DNA of 64,000 bases, taken from positions 37,244 through 101,243 of the forward strand of contig JAIXRO010000103.1 of the NCBI GenBank assembly GCA_027485145.1, in the 5' to 3' direction. Shown here piece after piece: positions 27,786 to 36,379 of this stretch (the first letter of the stretch is position 1; each line of letters begins with the position of its first letter). The stretch comes from Hyphomonadaceae bacterium (GTDB taxonomy: Bacteria; Pseudomonadota; Alphaproteobacteria; Caulobacterales; Hyphomonadaceae). A program made the position numbers and the translations under genes. The notes under the pieces were generated by a model. That model did not search any database. It had not been told where the DNA came from and worked only from the letters and a program-made list of their open reading frames with translations.

Positions 27786-27803
27786 CTTGGCGTCGACGCC
27801 AAG
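27786..27803. terminator. Perfect 18-bp palindrome just after the MFS stop; possible terminator
   Basis: CTTGGCGTCGACGCCAAG, 10 nt downstream of the stop at 27813. Confidence 0.4.
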
Positions 27804-27812
27804 GCTTTCATG

Positions 27813-29075
27813 TCATACCTTAGAGCGAGCAATGCGATACTGGGAATTGAAGAACATGCCGAGCGTCGAGCATGCCACTGCTGTCAGCAAAGGGCCGAGC
27901 GCCATGGCCCAGATGAGTAATGTTTGCCCACCGGCTTGGGTATAATCGAGGGCGCTGAGCGCTTCACCCAAGAGCAGCGCGCTGGCGGCCTGAGCAATCT
28001 TTGAGCAGAATGTGAACCGTCCGAACCACAGGGTGGCTTTGGCGGGGGTTGCGGCCGCGCTGCGGGCCAGAAATGCCCAGATCGTTGCCAGCAATCCGCT
28101 GGACAACCCGCCGTACAGGGCGGCAACAAAGAGCAAGACCAACCCGCCGAGAGGCGCGAGGCCGGCAAAGGCAAAGGCGACAAGGCCCAGCCCGGCCGCG
28201 GCCCAGCGATAGAGATCGATCAGATCCATCTGACCTGCCAGCCGAAACCAGGCAAGTTGGGCCGTGATCTGGCCGATCGCTACGGCAGCCATAAAGAAGT
28301 TCGCGCCGCTTTGCATCGGTACAAAGGCGACGAAATAGGCTTCGAGCTTCGTGAAGAGCGGCATGCAGCCGGAGTAGACAAGGATTGAAAGCAGGGCGAG
28401 CCAAGGACCCTGTCCGACATCCGTGCACTGATCAGCTTTCTCAGCCTTTGGCCCGTTCAAGGATAGGTTTCGCGCTGCGACAGCCCAAAGGAGCAAAGAC
28501 ATCGCGAAGGTCACAGGGGTCACGCAGGCCGCAAAAACTATGAAGTCAAGCGCGCGCGCTGATGGTGCGCTGTTGGCAAGCCAGGGCGCTAGCGCGAGCG
28601 CGACCACGAGCAGCGCCAAACCGGCCGACGCATAGCGCAGTGTCGCCATTTGCGTGCGCCCTGCATCATCGGCGGCAATAAAGGCAAGGATCGTGTTCTG
28701 AGGAACGTCCAGGAGTGAATAGCCAATACGGAACGCAAATAGCGCACACATCGCTGCTGCTTCTGTCGCACCATCCGGTGCCATGCCCGCGCCCGCAAAT
28801 GCCAGAAAGGCCAGACAGGCGAGAACAGAGCCATAGGCCTGCGCCAGAGCGGCAGAACGCAAGTTTCGAACCCACCGCCCAAGGACCCAGCCGAAGCCGA
28901 GATCACAAACCGCATTCAGCAAGAGCGAAACGGCGAGGACCCAGCCCATGAGCCGAGGCGCAAGGCCAACGACCTCGGTAAGATAAAAGGCGAAAATCAG
29001 GGCACTGCTATGCCATAGCAGGCTCTTGCCAAAATGCGCGCAGGCATAAGCTGCCTGCATGGCCCGCTCGGACAC
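27813..29075 (-). CDS. MFS sugar transporter (GPH/MFS_2-like); start 29075 (GTG) or 29060
   Basis: HFGKSLLW...FAFYLTEVVGL, YSLLDVPQN and R.QMATLR motifs; about 12 TM helices. Confidence 0.8.
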   Translation of the reverse strand: MSERAMQAAYACAHFGKSLLWHSSALIFAFYLTEVVGLAPRLMGWVLAVSLLLNAVCDLGFGWVLGRWVRNLRSAALAQAYGSVLACLAFLAFAGAGMAPDGATEAAAMCALFAFRIGYSLLDVPQNTILAFIAADDAGRTQMATLRYASAGLALLVVALALAPWLANSAPSARALDFIVFAACVTPVTFAMSLLLWAVAARNLSLNGPKAEKADQCTDVGQGPWLALLSILVYSGCMPLFTKLEAYFVAFVPMQSGANFFMAAVAIGQITAQLAWFRLAGQMDLIDLYRWAAAGLGLVAFAFAGLAPLGGLVLLFVAALYGGLSSGLLATIWAFLARSAAATPAKATLWFGRFTFCSKIAQAASALLLGEALSALDYTQAGGQTLLIWAMALGPLLTAVACSTLGMFFNSQYRIARSKV

Positions 29076-29163
29076 TGCCCCCCCTCCCCCGACTTCAGTT
29101 GCGGCGCGTTGATTAGACCCGACCCTCGCACGGCGTTGAGCAACCGGTAGTTCAGTTGCGTGA

Positions 29164-30348
29164 CTAGCGCGCGACGGGCGAAGAAAAAATTCTTGCGGCC
29201 AGAGGCAAGGCCGCGGCACCAACAGCAGCGGCGCCGGCGGAGGCTTCCGCCGGAATGATCCGGGGCGCCGGACGGCCGCGCTTTCGCCGCTGGCGCTCAT
29301 CGAGTTCAGTCTGAGAAATCATAGCCGCCTCAGCGAGGCGCGCAGCTAGGGGCTGCGGCAACCTGCCACCGACGATAACCGTACCGACATCCATGGTCTC
29401 GGCGATGATACGGCTGAGTAGCTTTATCGATCGGGCGGCGTCTGAAAGCCAATCTTCAACACCCGGCCAGTCAAGCGAAATCCGGGCGACGAGATCGTCA
29501 ATACCTGTGGTCGACCTGCCCTGGGCGGCAACACGTTCGCGAAGTGTCTCGAGATTAGGAACAAAGGCGTCCACTGCGTTGAGCACAGCCGCGAACTCGC
29601 CCGCATTTCCGCTGAGGCCCCGCCAGAGACGCCGGTCCAGAATGACCCCGCCGCCAAAGCCTGCCGCAAAGTTCAGATAGGCAAATGTTGGCGTGTGCCG
29701 CCCCGCGCCGAGAAGACTTTCGCCAACGGCGGCAGCGCTCGCGCTGTTCTCGATCATCGCAGGAACACCGAAGATGTTTTCCACCGGCGTCTGCAAATCG
29801 ACCAGCGCCCAATCCTCCAACTCAATGGCCGGGTTCATCAGACGGTCGTCGACAAAAAAAGCCGCGAGGGCGACGCCCACGCCGACGAGATTGGAGGGTA
29901 CGAGTCCCTCGGCTTCCTGCGCGGCCAGGAACTGCGAGGCATTGGAGAGGATGTCCTGGCGAACCATTCCGGGGGCTGTGATGTTGGCGCTCGCGCGCAC
30001 CCGTCCAGTGATGTCCATGATTGCCGCCTCGGCGAAGTCCGTCATCACGGAAATTCCCAATGAAAACGCAGAATCCGGATTGAGCTGCACCTCGTGACTG
30101 GGCTGGCCGCGGCCAGCGGCCACCGGCGCGCCAATCAGGAGATAGCCCTTCGCGGTCAGATCCTCGGTCGCCCGAAATACGGCGGGACCGGACAATCCGC
30201 TGACCCGGATCAAGGCCGCCCGCGTGATCGGACCGAAGTCGCGGATCCAGCAGAGCACGTCTCGCTCCCTGTCTGTCAGCGCAGCAACCGGCGGCCGCCC
30301 GGCAGCCCAGCCCTGCATCGTGAACGGTTTTGAATCAGACCTGCGCAT
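29164..30348 (-). CDS. ROK-family transcriptional regulator 1
   Basis: N-terminal HTH (GPITRAALIRVSGLS), GRGQP, IENSASAAAVGE, GFGGG, GNAGEF. Confidence 0.9.
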   Translation of the reverse strand: MRRSDSKPFTMQGWAAGRPPVAALTDRERDVLCWIRDFGPITRAALIRVSGLSGPAVFRATEDLTAKGYLLIGAPVAAGRGQPSHEVQLNPDSAFSLGISVMTDFAEAAIMDITGRVRASANITAPGMVRQDILSNASQFLAAQEAEGLVPSNLVGVGVALAAFFVDDRLMNPAIELEDWALVDLQTPVENIFGVPAMIENSASAAAVGESLLGAGRHTPTFAYLNFAAGFGGGVILDRRLWRGLSGNAGEFAAVLNAVDAFVPNLETLRERVAAQGRSTTGIDDLVARISLDWPGVEDWLSDAARSIKLLSRIIAETMDVGTVIVGGRLPQPLAARLAEAAMISQTELDERQRRKRGRPAPRIIPAEASAGAAAVGAAALPLAARIFSSPVAR

Positions 30349-30458
30349 CCTGCGTCATAGCTCCTTGAGGCCCGCCCGTTCGTCAACCGCGCCTGCAATG
30401 TCATAATAATATCATGCATAATGTTATATAAATAGTTGCGGGAAGCAGGAGTATCCAC

Positions 30459-33212
30459 ATGTCCAATTCGATCAAACCCTTTGCGGCGCTATTGAGCGCC
30501 ATTCTCGCGCCGCTCATTGCCGGGCAAGCCCTCGCGCAGGAGGCGGGCGAACCCGCGTCCGAAACGAGTCCGGACGCCAAACAGGCTGAAACAGTGGTCG
30601 TCACCGGCTACCGCGCCTCCGCGCAGGCTGCGGTGCGCGCCAAAAAGGACGCAGATGTTATCCTCGACGCAATCAGCCAGGACGATATCGGCCGGTTGCC
30701 GGATCTCAACATCGTTGAGACGGCGCGCCGGATCACCGGCCTTTCGACCGTTGGCGGTCTCGATCCAACCAAGAGCCGCGACATCTACCAGCGCGTGACG
30801 ATCCGCGGCCTTGATCCGCGCTACAATCTTATCACCGTCGATGGCGCTCCGCTCGCCTCCGGTGAATGGACGGTTCGTGGGGCGCGGCTCGAACAATTCC
30901 CCAACTCGCTGGTGTCGAGAATTGAAGCCATCAAGACGATCACCGCCGAGTACGACCCGCATGGCCTCGGCGGGCAGCTCAACATCGTCTCGCGCAGTGC
31001 GTTCGATGCCCGCAAAGACGTCTTCTTCGTCGCGAATGCCAGCCTGGGACAGAACTCGACATCGGGCTCGTTCCTCAATGACGAAGCCCAGAATATCCGC
31101 GCTGACGCGACTGGATCGGTTGTGTTTGGCGACAGCGACCAGTTTGGTCTCACCGTTTCTGCCGAATACCAGCAGCTCTGGTCTGCGGTCCTTTCCGAGC
31201 TGCCGGGCGACACGAACGGCAATGGCTGGACGTATTACACTGCCGCCGGTGCCCAGACGCCCTTTGCGAGCCTCTCGCGCGACGGAAATCTCGTCGCTGT
31301 GCGGCCGCAGGACTTCCGCTTTGACAATGAACGCTCCCGTTTCAGCATCAATTCGAAGTTCGAGTACCGTCCGAATGAGACCGACACAGTCTCGCTCTTT
31401 GCCGGCTATTATCAGGACAAGGACGAAGAGTTTCGCGCCGAGATCTTGACATCGCCGGGCGGTAACCCGGCGGGTGTGACCCCTATCTCGGGCACGTTGC
31501 CGACCGGCAACCTCCAGCAGGGCATCGTCAAGCAGCCGCAGGAGCGCGAGACATTGCTGCTGACCGGCAAGGGTGATTTCCAGCTTTCGGATTCGCTGGA
31601 TCTGAACTTCACGGCATCCTACTCGAATGCAACCTATGACGAGCAGCGCATCTTCCAGAAATGGGCGTCGACCGTAACACCCGGCCGGGCTGCATCCACC
31701 AATACGGCGAACTTCGGTTATACCTACACCCTTGCCGGCGGTTCGCCGCTTGCAACTCACCTTGCCCCCACACGGGGCGTTGATCCCCGCAACTACCAGG
31801 TTCTCTATGTGCGTGACGTGACCCGCGACGCTGATAGCCATGTGGGGTTTCTCGCAGGCGAACTTGAGTACAATGCGGACCGCGACGATCGCGGGTTCGG
31901 CGCGCGGATCGGGGCGTCCTACACCAACACGCTGCAGAAGTTCGGCGTCGGCTATACTGAGCTCACAGCTGCCAACACAGCCGCGCAGACCCAGATCGGC
32001 GGCTTGCAGAACTTCATCTTCGACGCCCGCTTCCCCTCCCGGGACCATGCGCAGGTCCCCTACCTGGTCATCAATCCAAACCTCGTCCTCGATTACGTCG
32101 CGTCTAATCCGAATCTCTTTGTCGCCACGGATCAGCGGGCCAACAACTTCGCTGACGATTTCCGCGATATCGAGGAAGTGACGGGGCTCTATGCGCAAGG
32201 CCTCTATCGCAATGACAAGTTTAGCCTTGTCGCTGGCCTTCGCTTCGATGACACCCAGGTTGAAGCCGAGACCTTCCAGGTGCCGACTGTCGTAGGGTCT
32301 ACAGCGTATGAACGCGTTAGCCGCGATTCGGACTACAGCTTCCTTCTGCCTTCGGTTCTCGGCACCTATCAGTTCACGGATGACATGCGTCTGACGGCTG
32401 CGGTCAGCAAGACAATTGGACGCCCCGATTTCAGTCAGTATGCCGCGCGCACCACATACAGCATCGGTACCATTCCCGGCACTCTGACCATCAACACTGG
32501 CAACCCGGACCTCGAGCCGCGTGAAGCCAACAACTATGATCTCTCGTTTGAATGGTACCTGCCGCGCGGCGGGCTCTTCTCGGCGGCCGCTTTCCGGAAA
32601 GACATCGAGAACGAGATCTTCACAGCGCGCCAACAGGGTCCGGACACGGCTTATCTCGGTGTCAATTATACAGACGTAACGCTGAACACGCCGCTCAACT
32701 CTGCGAGCGGCGCAGTTCAAGGACTGGAGTTCGCCTATAGCCAGGACGCATTCAGCTTCCTGCCGGACTGGGCGCAAGGCTTCGGGATCAACACAAACCT
32801 GACCTTGCTCGACGGCTCGTTCGAACTTCCCGTCAGCGCTGCCGGCCAGGCCGTTGGACAAGCGGCCACGCGCGATACGTCCGGACTTATTCAGCAGCCG
32901 GATTATATTTTCAACGCCACCGCCTTTTATACAACCGGCCCCCTCGAAGCGCGCCTCTCCTACAACAAGATTGGGCGCGCGCTTCAACAGGCCAATCAGG
33001 ATACCCCGGAGCGGGATCTCTTTCAGGAACCGCGCGACCAGATCGACGCCCAGATCCGTTGGTCACTCAGCGACCGGATCGATGTCGTGGTGCAGGGCCA
33101 GAACATAACCGAAGAGGCCTTTGAAGTCCGTCAAGGACCGGGACGCGCCTATCTCAATAACCTGTTCCCGGTCGGCTCTGTCTACTGGTTGGGATTCAGC
33201 TTCAAAAACTAA
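30459..33212 (+). CDS. TonB-dependent receptor 1
   Basis: Signal peptide; VVVTGYR, DIGRLPD, NPDLEP; C-terminal aromatic beta-strand LGFSFKN. Confidence 0.95.
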   Translation: MSNSIKPFAALLSAILAPLIAGQALAQEAGEPASETSPDAKQAETVVVTGYRASAQAAVRAKKDADVILDAISQDDIGRLPDLNIVETARRITGLSTVGGLDPTKSRDIYQRVTIRGLDPRYNLITVDGAPLASGEWTVRGARLEQFPNSLVSRIEAIKTITAEYDPHGLGGQLNIVSRSAFDARKDVFFVANASLGQNSTSGSFLNDEAQNIRADATGSVVFGDSDQFGLTVSAEYQQLWSAVLSELPGDTNGNGWTYYTAAGAQTPFASLSRDGNLVAVRPQDFRFDNERSRFSINSKFEYRPNETDTVSLFAGYYQDKDEEFRAEILTSPGGNPAGVTPISGTLPTGNLQQGIVKQPQERETLLLTGKGDFQLSDSLDLNFTASYSNATYDEQRIFQKWASTVTPGRAASTNTANFGYTYTLAGGSPLATHLAPTRGVDPRNYQVLYVRDVTRDADSHVGFLAGELEYNADRDDRGFGARIGASYTNTLQKFGVGYTELTAANTAAQTQIGGLQNFIFDARFPSRDHAQVPYLVINPNLVLDYVASNPNLFVATDQRANNFADDFRDIEEVTGLYAQGLYRNDKFSLVAGLRFDDTQVEAETFQVPTVVGSTAYERVSRDSDYSFLLPSVLGTYQFTDDMRLTAAVSKTIGRPDFSQYAARTTYSIGTIPGTLTINTGNPDLEPREANNYDLSFEWYLPRGGLFSAAAFRKDIENEIFTARQQGPDTAYLGVNYTDVTLNTPLNSASGAVQGLEFAYSQDAFSFLPDWAQGFGINTNLTLLDGSFELPVSAAGQAVGQAATRDTSGLIQQPDYIFNATAFYTTGPLEARLSYNKIGRALQQANQDTPERDLFQEPRDQIDAQIRWSLSDRIDVVVQGQNITEEAFEVRQGPGRAYLNNLFPVGSVYWLGFSFKN

Positions 33213-33286
33213 ACATAGCAAGCAAAGCGCGCTCCCTGCGGGACAAGGCTCCGGCAGGGAGTACGTGCAAGAGGACCGGTAACAAT

Positions 33287-34402
33287 ATGCGTCGACTGGC
33301 GGTATCAATTCTCGCGATCATCTTGATGGGCTTGCCGCCCGCAGGCGCTCAGGAAGACCGTGAACGGGTCATGGTTCTACTGAAATTTCTACCTGAGCCG
33401 GGCTATGCCGCCGATGGGAAGGTGGAATTCGATCCGGAGAGTTGCCGCGCGTGTGTGCAGCTCCATGACCCGGCTTTCGAGCGGTTCAACACAAGAGAAA
33501 CGGTGTTGCAGTTAGAGGTCCCGAAAGCCCGCTCCCTCGAGCTCACCTTCGAGATCTCGCCGCGCCAATCCCAGCGGGTCATTGTCAATGATGCTGACCT
33601 TCCTGTGCGTCGGGAGCGGACACGTTTGCGGGTGTCGCTACCCCCCTTCTATGAAGATGCTATCTGGGCACCGGCGCTTGAGACCGACCTTGTCGAGCCC
33701 GGCATGGTCTTGCGGGTCGAGCACGCCGATCTCGCAAGACGCGCCGGCGCTTATACTGAGGGCCGGTTTCCGGTGCTGGAGCGCCAAGCGGCCGACAACC
33801 TTACCTTTGCCATGCGCGAAGTCATTCGCCGCCTCGGCCTCGGCGAACGCGTTGCACGCGAGGAGACCGGGCTCATCATGGTGATGGGGTTCGATACGAA
33901 CTTTCCTGCGGGCCACACTGACGCGCCGCCGCATGTTCATATGCACCTGCGCTGGCCGAACAATGTAGGCTCCCAGATTGCTCACTACTATTTCGATGAG
34001 CGGGGACTGCTCACCGAAAACAAGGTCGGAGTTCGCGCGCTTGGTTTGCCTCAACGCCGCTTCGGCCCGGGGGAGACCTTTGCGACGATCGACAACCGGG
34101 GACAGGCGATCTACGCGCACACAATCACGGCCGAAGGCTACCTCCGGATCGACCGGCCCGATGATGGAGCGTCCTGTCTGCTGAGCCCGGCTGGTGAGGG
34201 TTTCAGCGAAGGCGTCCGTCTCGATTGCGGCCCGCTTGGCAGAGTCGAGATCGACGTCTCAAACGATCTTGCCCAGGGGCTCATCGTGGCCCGCACTGGC
34301 GAGATTGAAGAGCGGTTTCGGTATGATACCGGGACCGGCGGTCTGATCTCGCCGAGCGCGGCGCCTCCAGCGCCAGCTTCTGCGCGCAATCCGGAATACT
34401 AG
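33287..34402 (+). CDS. Secreted hypothetical protein with HVHMH motif
   Basis: Signal peptide ending AGA; GFDTNFPAGHTDAPPHVHMHLRW; 1 nt from the next gene. Confidence 0.8.
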   Translation: MRRLAVSILAIILMGLPPAGAQEDRERVMVLLKFLPEPGYAADGKVEFDPESCRACVQLHDPAFERFNTRETVLQLEVPKARSLELTFEISPRQSQRVIVNDADLPVRRERTRLRVSLPPFYEDAIWAPALETDLVEPGMVLRVEHADLARRAGAYTEGRFPVLERQAADNLTFAMREVIRRLGLGERVAREETGLIMVMGFDTNFPAGHTDAPPHVHMHLRWPNNVGSQIAHYYFDERGLLTENKVGVRALGLPQRRFGPGETFATIDNRGQAIYAHTITAEGYLRIDRPDDGASCLLSPAGEGFSEGVRLDCGPLGRVEIDVSNDLAQGLIVARTGEIEERFRYDTGTGGLISPSAAPPAPASARNPEY

Positions 34403-34403
34403 A

Positions 34404-35219
34404 ATGCTCAAGGGCCTGGTGCTGCTGACAGCGATAACTGTTGCCGCAGCTTGTGCGAGTCCCCCGCCCCCTCCTCTACCGCCGCAGGTCTTTCTGTTGA
34501 TGGGCCAGTCCAATATGTCCGGACGCGGAGATCTTGTCGAGCTGGCCCCTGAATATCTGGCGGCCGATCCACGCATCAGGCTACTCGCCAATGACGGCAC
34601 CTTAAAACTCGCCCGCGAGCCGCTCGACAGTGCTGAAAACCAGATCGATGCAGTGTCTGCTGATCGTTCGGCCGGCGTTGGGCCTGCCCTGGCCTTTGCC
34701 AAAGCGGTTATCGCAGAGCGGCCCGAGAGCACAATTGTACTGGTGCCGTGTGCCAAGGGCGGAACTTTGATTTCCGCCTGGGCGCCTGCCGAAGGGCGCA
34801 GTACGCTCTACGGATCCTGTTTGGGCCGGGCACGGGCGGCGGCTGACCATGGCCGCATAGCCGGCGTACTGTGGTATCAAGGCGAGAGTGACGCCGACTC
34901 TGTTGAGCTTGCCCAGGCGTGGACGGGCGCCTTTCTAAATCTCGTCTCTGCGTTGCGAGCCGATCTAAGCATCCCGGACCTGCCCGTCTTGATGGTGTCG
35001 ATCGGCGACCGGCCTCTCAATGGGCCGTATGCGGCGCGGTTTCCGGCCTGGCGCGAGCTTCAAGAAATCCAGAACTCCGTTTCCGCACCCGGCGTGACGG
35101 TGGTTCCCGCCGCCTCTCTCGCAAGAGCCGATGACGAACTTCACCTTTCAGCGGCGGGCGCTGCGGAACTTGGTGAACGCCTGGCGCTTGCTTGGTTGGC
35201 GCGGCCTCAACCTGAGTGA
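34404..35219 (+). CDS. Sialate O-acetylesterase (SASA/SGNH) family lipoprotein
   Basis: VFLLMGQSNMSG, CAKGGT, WYQGESD, DELH; lipobox-like AAAC. Confidence 0.9.
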   Translation: MLKGLVLLTAITVAAACASPPPPPLPPQVFLLMGQSNMSGRGDLVELAPEYLAADPRIRLLANDGTLKLAREPLDSAENQIDAVSADRSAGVGPALAFAKAVIAERPESTIVLVPCAKGGTLISAWAPAEGRSTLYGSCLGRARAAADHGRIAGVLWYQGESDADSVELAQAWTGAFLNLVSALRADLSIPDLPVLMVSIGDRPLNGPYAARFPAWRELQEIQNSVSAPGVTVVPAASLARADDELHLSAAGAAELGERLALAWLARPQPE

Positions 35220-35365
35220 AGACCTCGCGAGCATAGAGAAGAACTGTTGAACGCAAATCCGCTGATGCTGCGCCTGAGGACTACGTCCAAACACCGTAGC
35301 CGTCGAGAGAGGACAAAAGGCCGGCAGGCGCGCCGAGAGAAGTCGAACGAGTTGGCTTCAGTTCT

Positions 35366-36313
35366 TCAGGGAGCGCTGCGGGGCGACCGTGTTTCGAGAT
35401 ACACGGAAAGTTCGCGTGGATTGTCAGTCTGAATAATATCCGCCCCCAGATCGATCAGGCGTCCCCAAACTGCGTCTGGATCCTGGACGGCATCGGCATC
35501 GATCAGTCCGGCTGCATGAGTTGGCTGCAAGGTGTTTGCCCATGCCCTCCGGCCCATCCGGTCTGCTGCGCTTGCCGCCTGCCGGAAGAATTCCGGCTCA
35601 CTGAAAACGACCTCGAATGCAGAAGACGGATAGGCGCTGAACGCTTCAACGCCTTCCAAGCCCGACTTGGGGCAATACGCGCGGGCGCCGAGCCCGGCAC
35701 ATTGTCCGAAGACAGGCATATACATGGCATTGCCAAGATCCCGAGTAAACGCCAATCGCTCGTCTCCCGGGGCCAGATAAGCTTTGATTAAAACGGACCG
35801 ATCCGCACCGACGCGGCGCGCAATCAACAGCGCTTCTTCGTAGAGGTCAGCCTTCATGTCTAAATTGACCAGAATTTTTCCCCTCGCTGCCAGCAGAGCG
35901 GCTTCGAGTGTCGGCGGAGACTCTTCGGTGACAGCTGATCCGACGCTTCCGTCGCCTCCCATGAGGCGAAGCGACGCGAAATCCGCATGAGACATTTCGT
36001 CGACACGGCCTGATCCGTTGGTGGTTCGGTTGACGTCCTCATCGTGCATGAGAACAAGCGCACCGTCTGCGGTGCGGCGCACGTCCACTTCGACCATATC
36101 GATGCCAAGCGCGATGCAGGCCTCAATCCCGGAAACCGAGTTCTCAGTGGTTTCGCGCCAGCAGGTGCGATGGGCGACAACGATGACGCCCTCCCCAGGC
36201 GCAGAGAACCGGGCCCGCAACACTTCCGAATACGGCGCTTCGGGGACAGAGGTGGTCATGCAGCCCGCAAGGGCAGCGAGCAGGATGAGCGGCGCGGAGC
36301 GGGGCAATATCAT
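35366..36313 (-). CDS. Glycerophosphodiester phosphodiesterase (GDPD) lipoprotein
   Basis: VVAHR...ENSV, VEVDVRRT.DG.LVLMHD, IIQTDNP; lipobox LAGC. Confidence 0.92.
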   Translation of the reverse strand: MILPRSAPLILLAALAGCMTTSVPEAPYSEVLRARFSAPGEGVIVVAHRTCWRETTENSVSGIEACIALGIDMVEVDVRRTADGALVLMHDEDVNRTTNGSGRVDEMSHADFASLRLMGGDGSVGSAVTEESPPTLEAALLAARGKILVNLDMKADLYEEALLIARRVGADRSVLIKAYLAPGDERLAFTRDLGNAMYMPVFGQCAGLGARAYCPKSGLEGVEAFSAYPSSAFEVVFSEPEFFRQAASAADRMGRRAWANTLQPTHAAGLIDADAVQDPDAVWGRLIDLGADIIQTDNPRELSVYLETRSPRSAP

Positions 36314-36379
36314 TCGTTCAGTCCTGTCAGTAGGGCGGAGACACCTGCGGACCGGATTGATCCGCAGGCGGCAGGTAAC

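Noticed and set aside
30489-32987. 832-aa minus-strand ORF
   Set aside because: Antisense shadow of TBDR1 caused by high-GC codon bias; no recognisable motifs.
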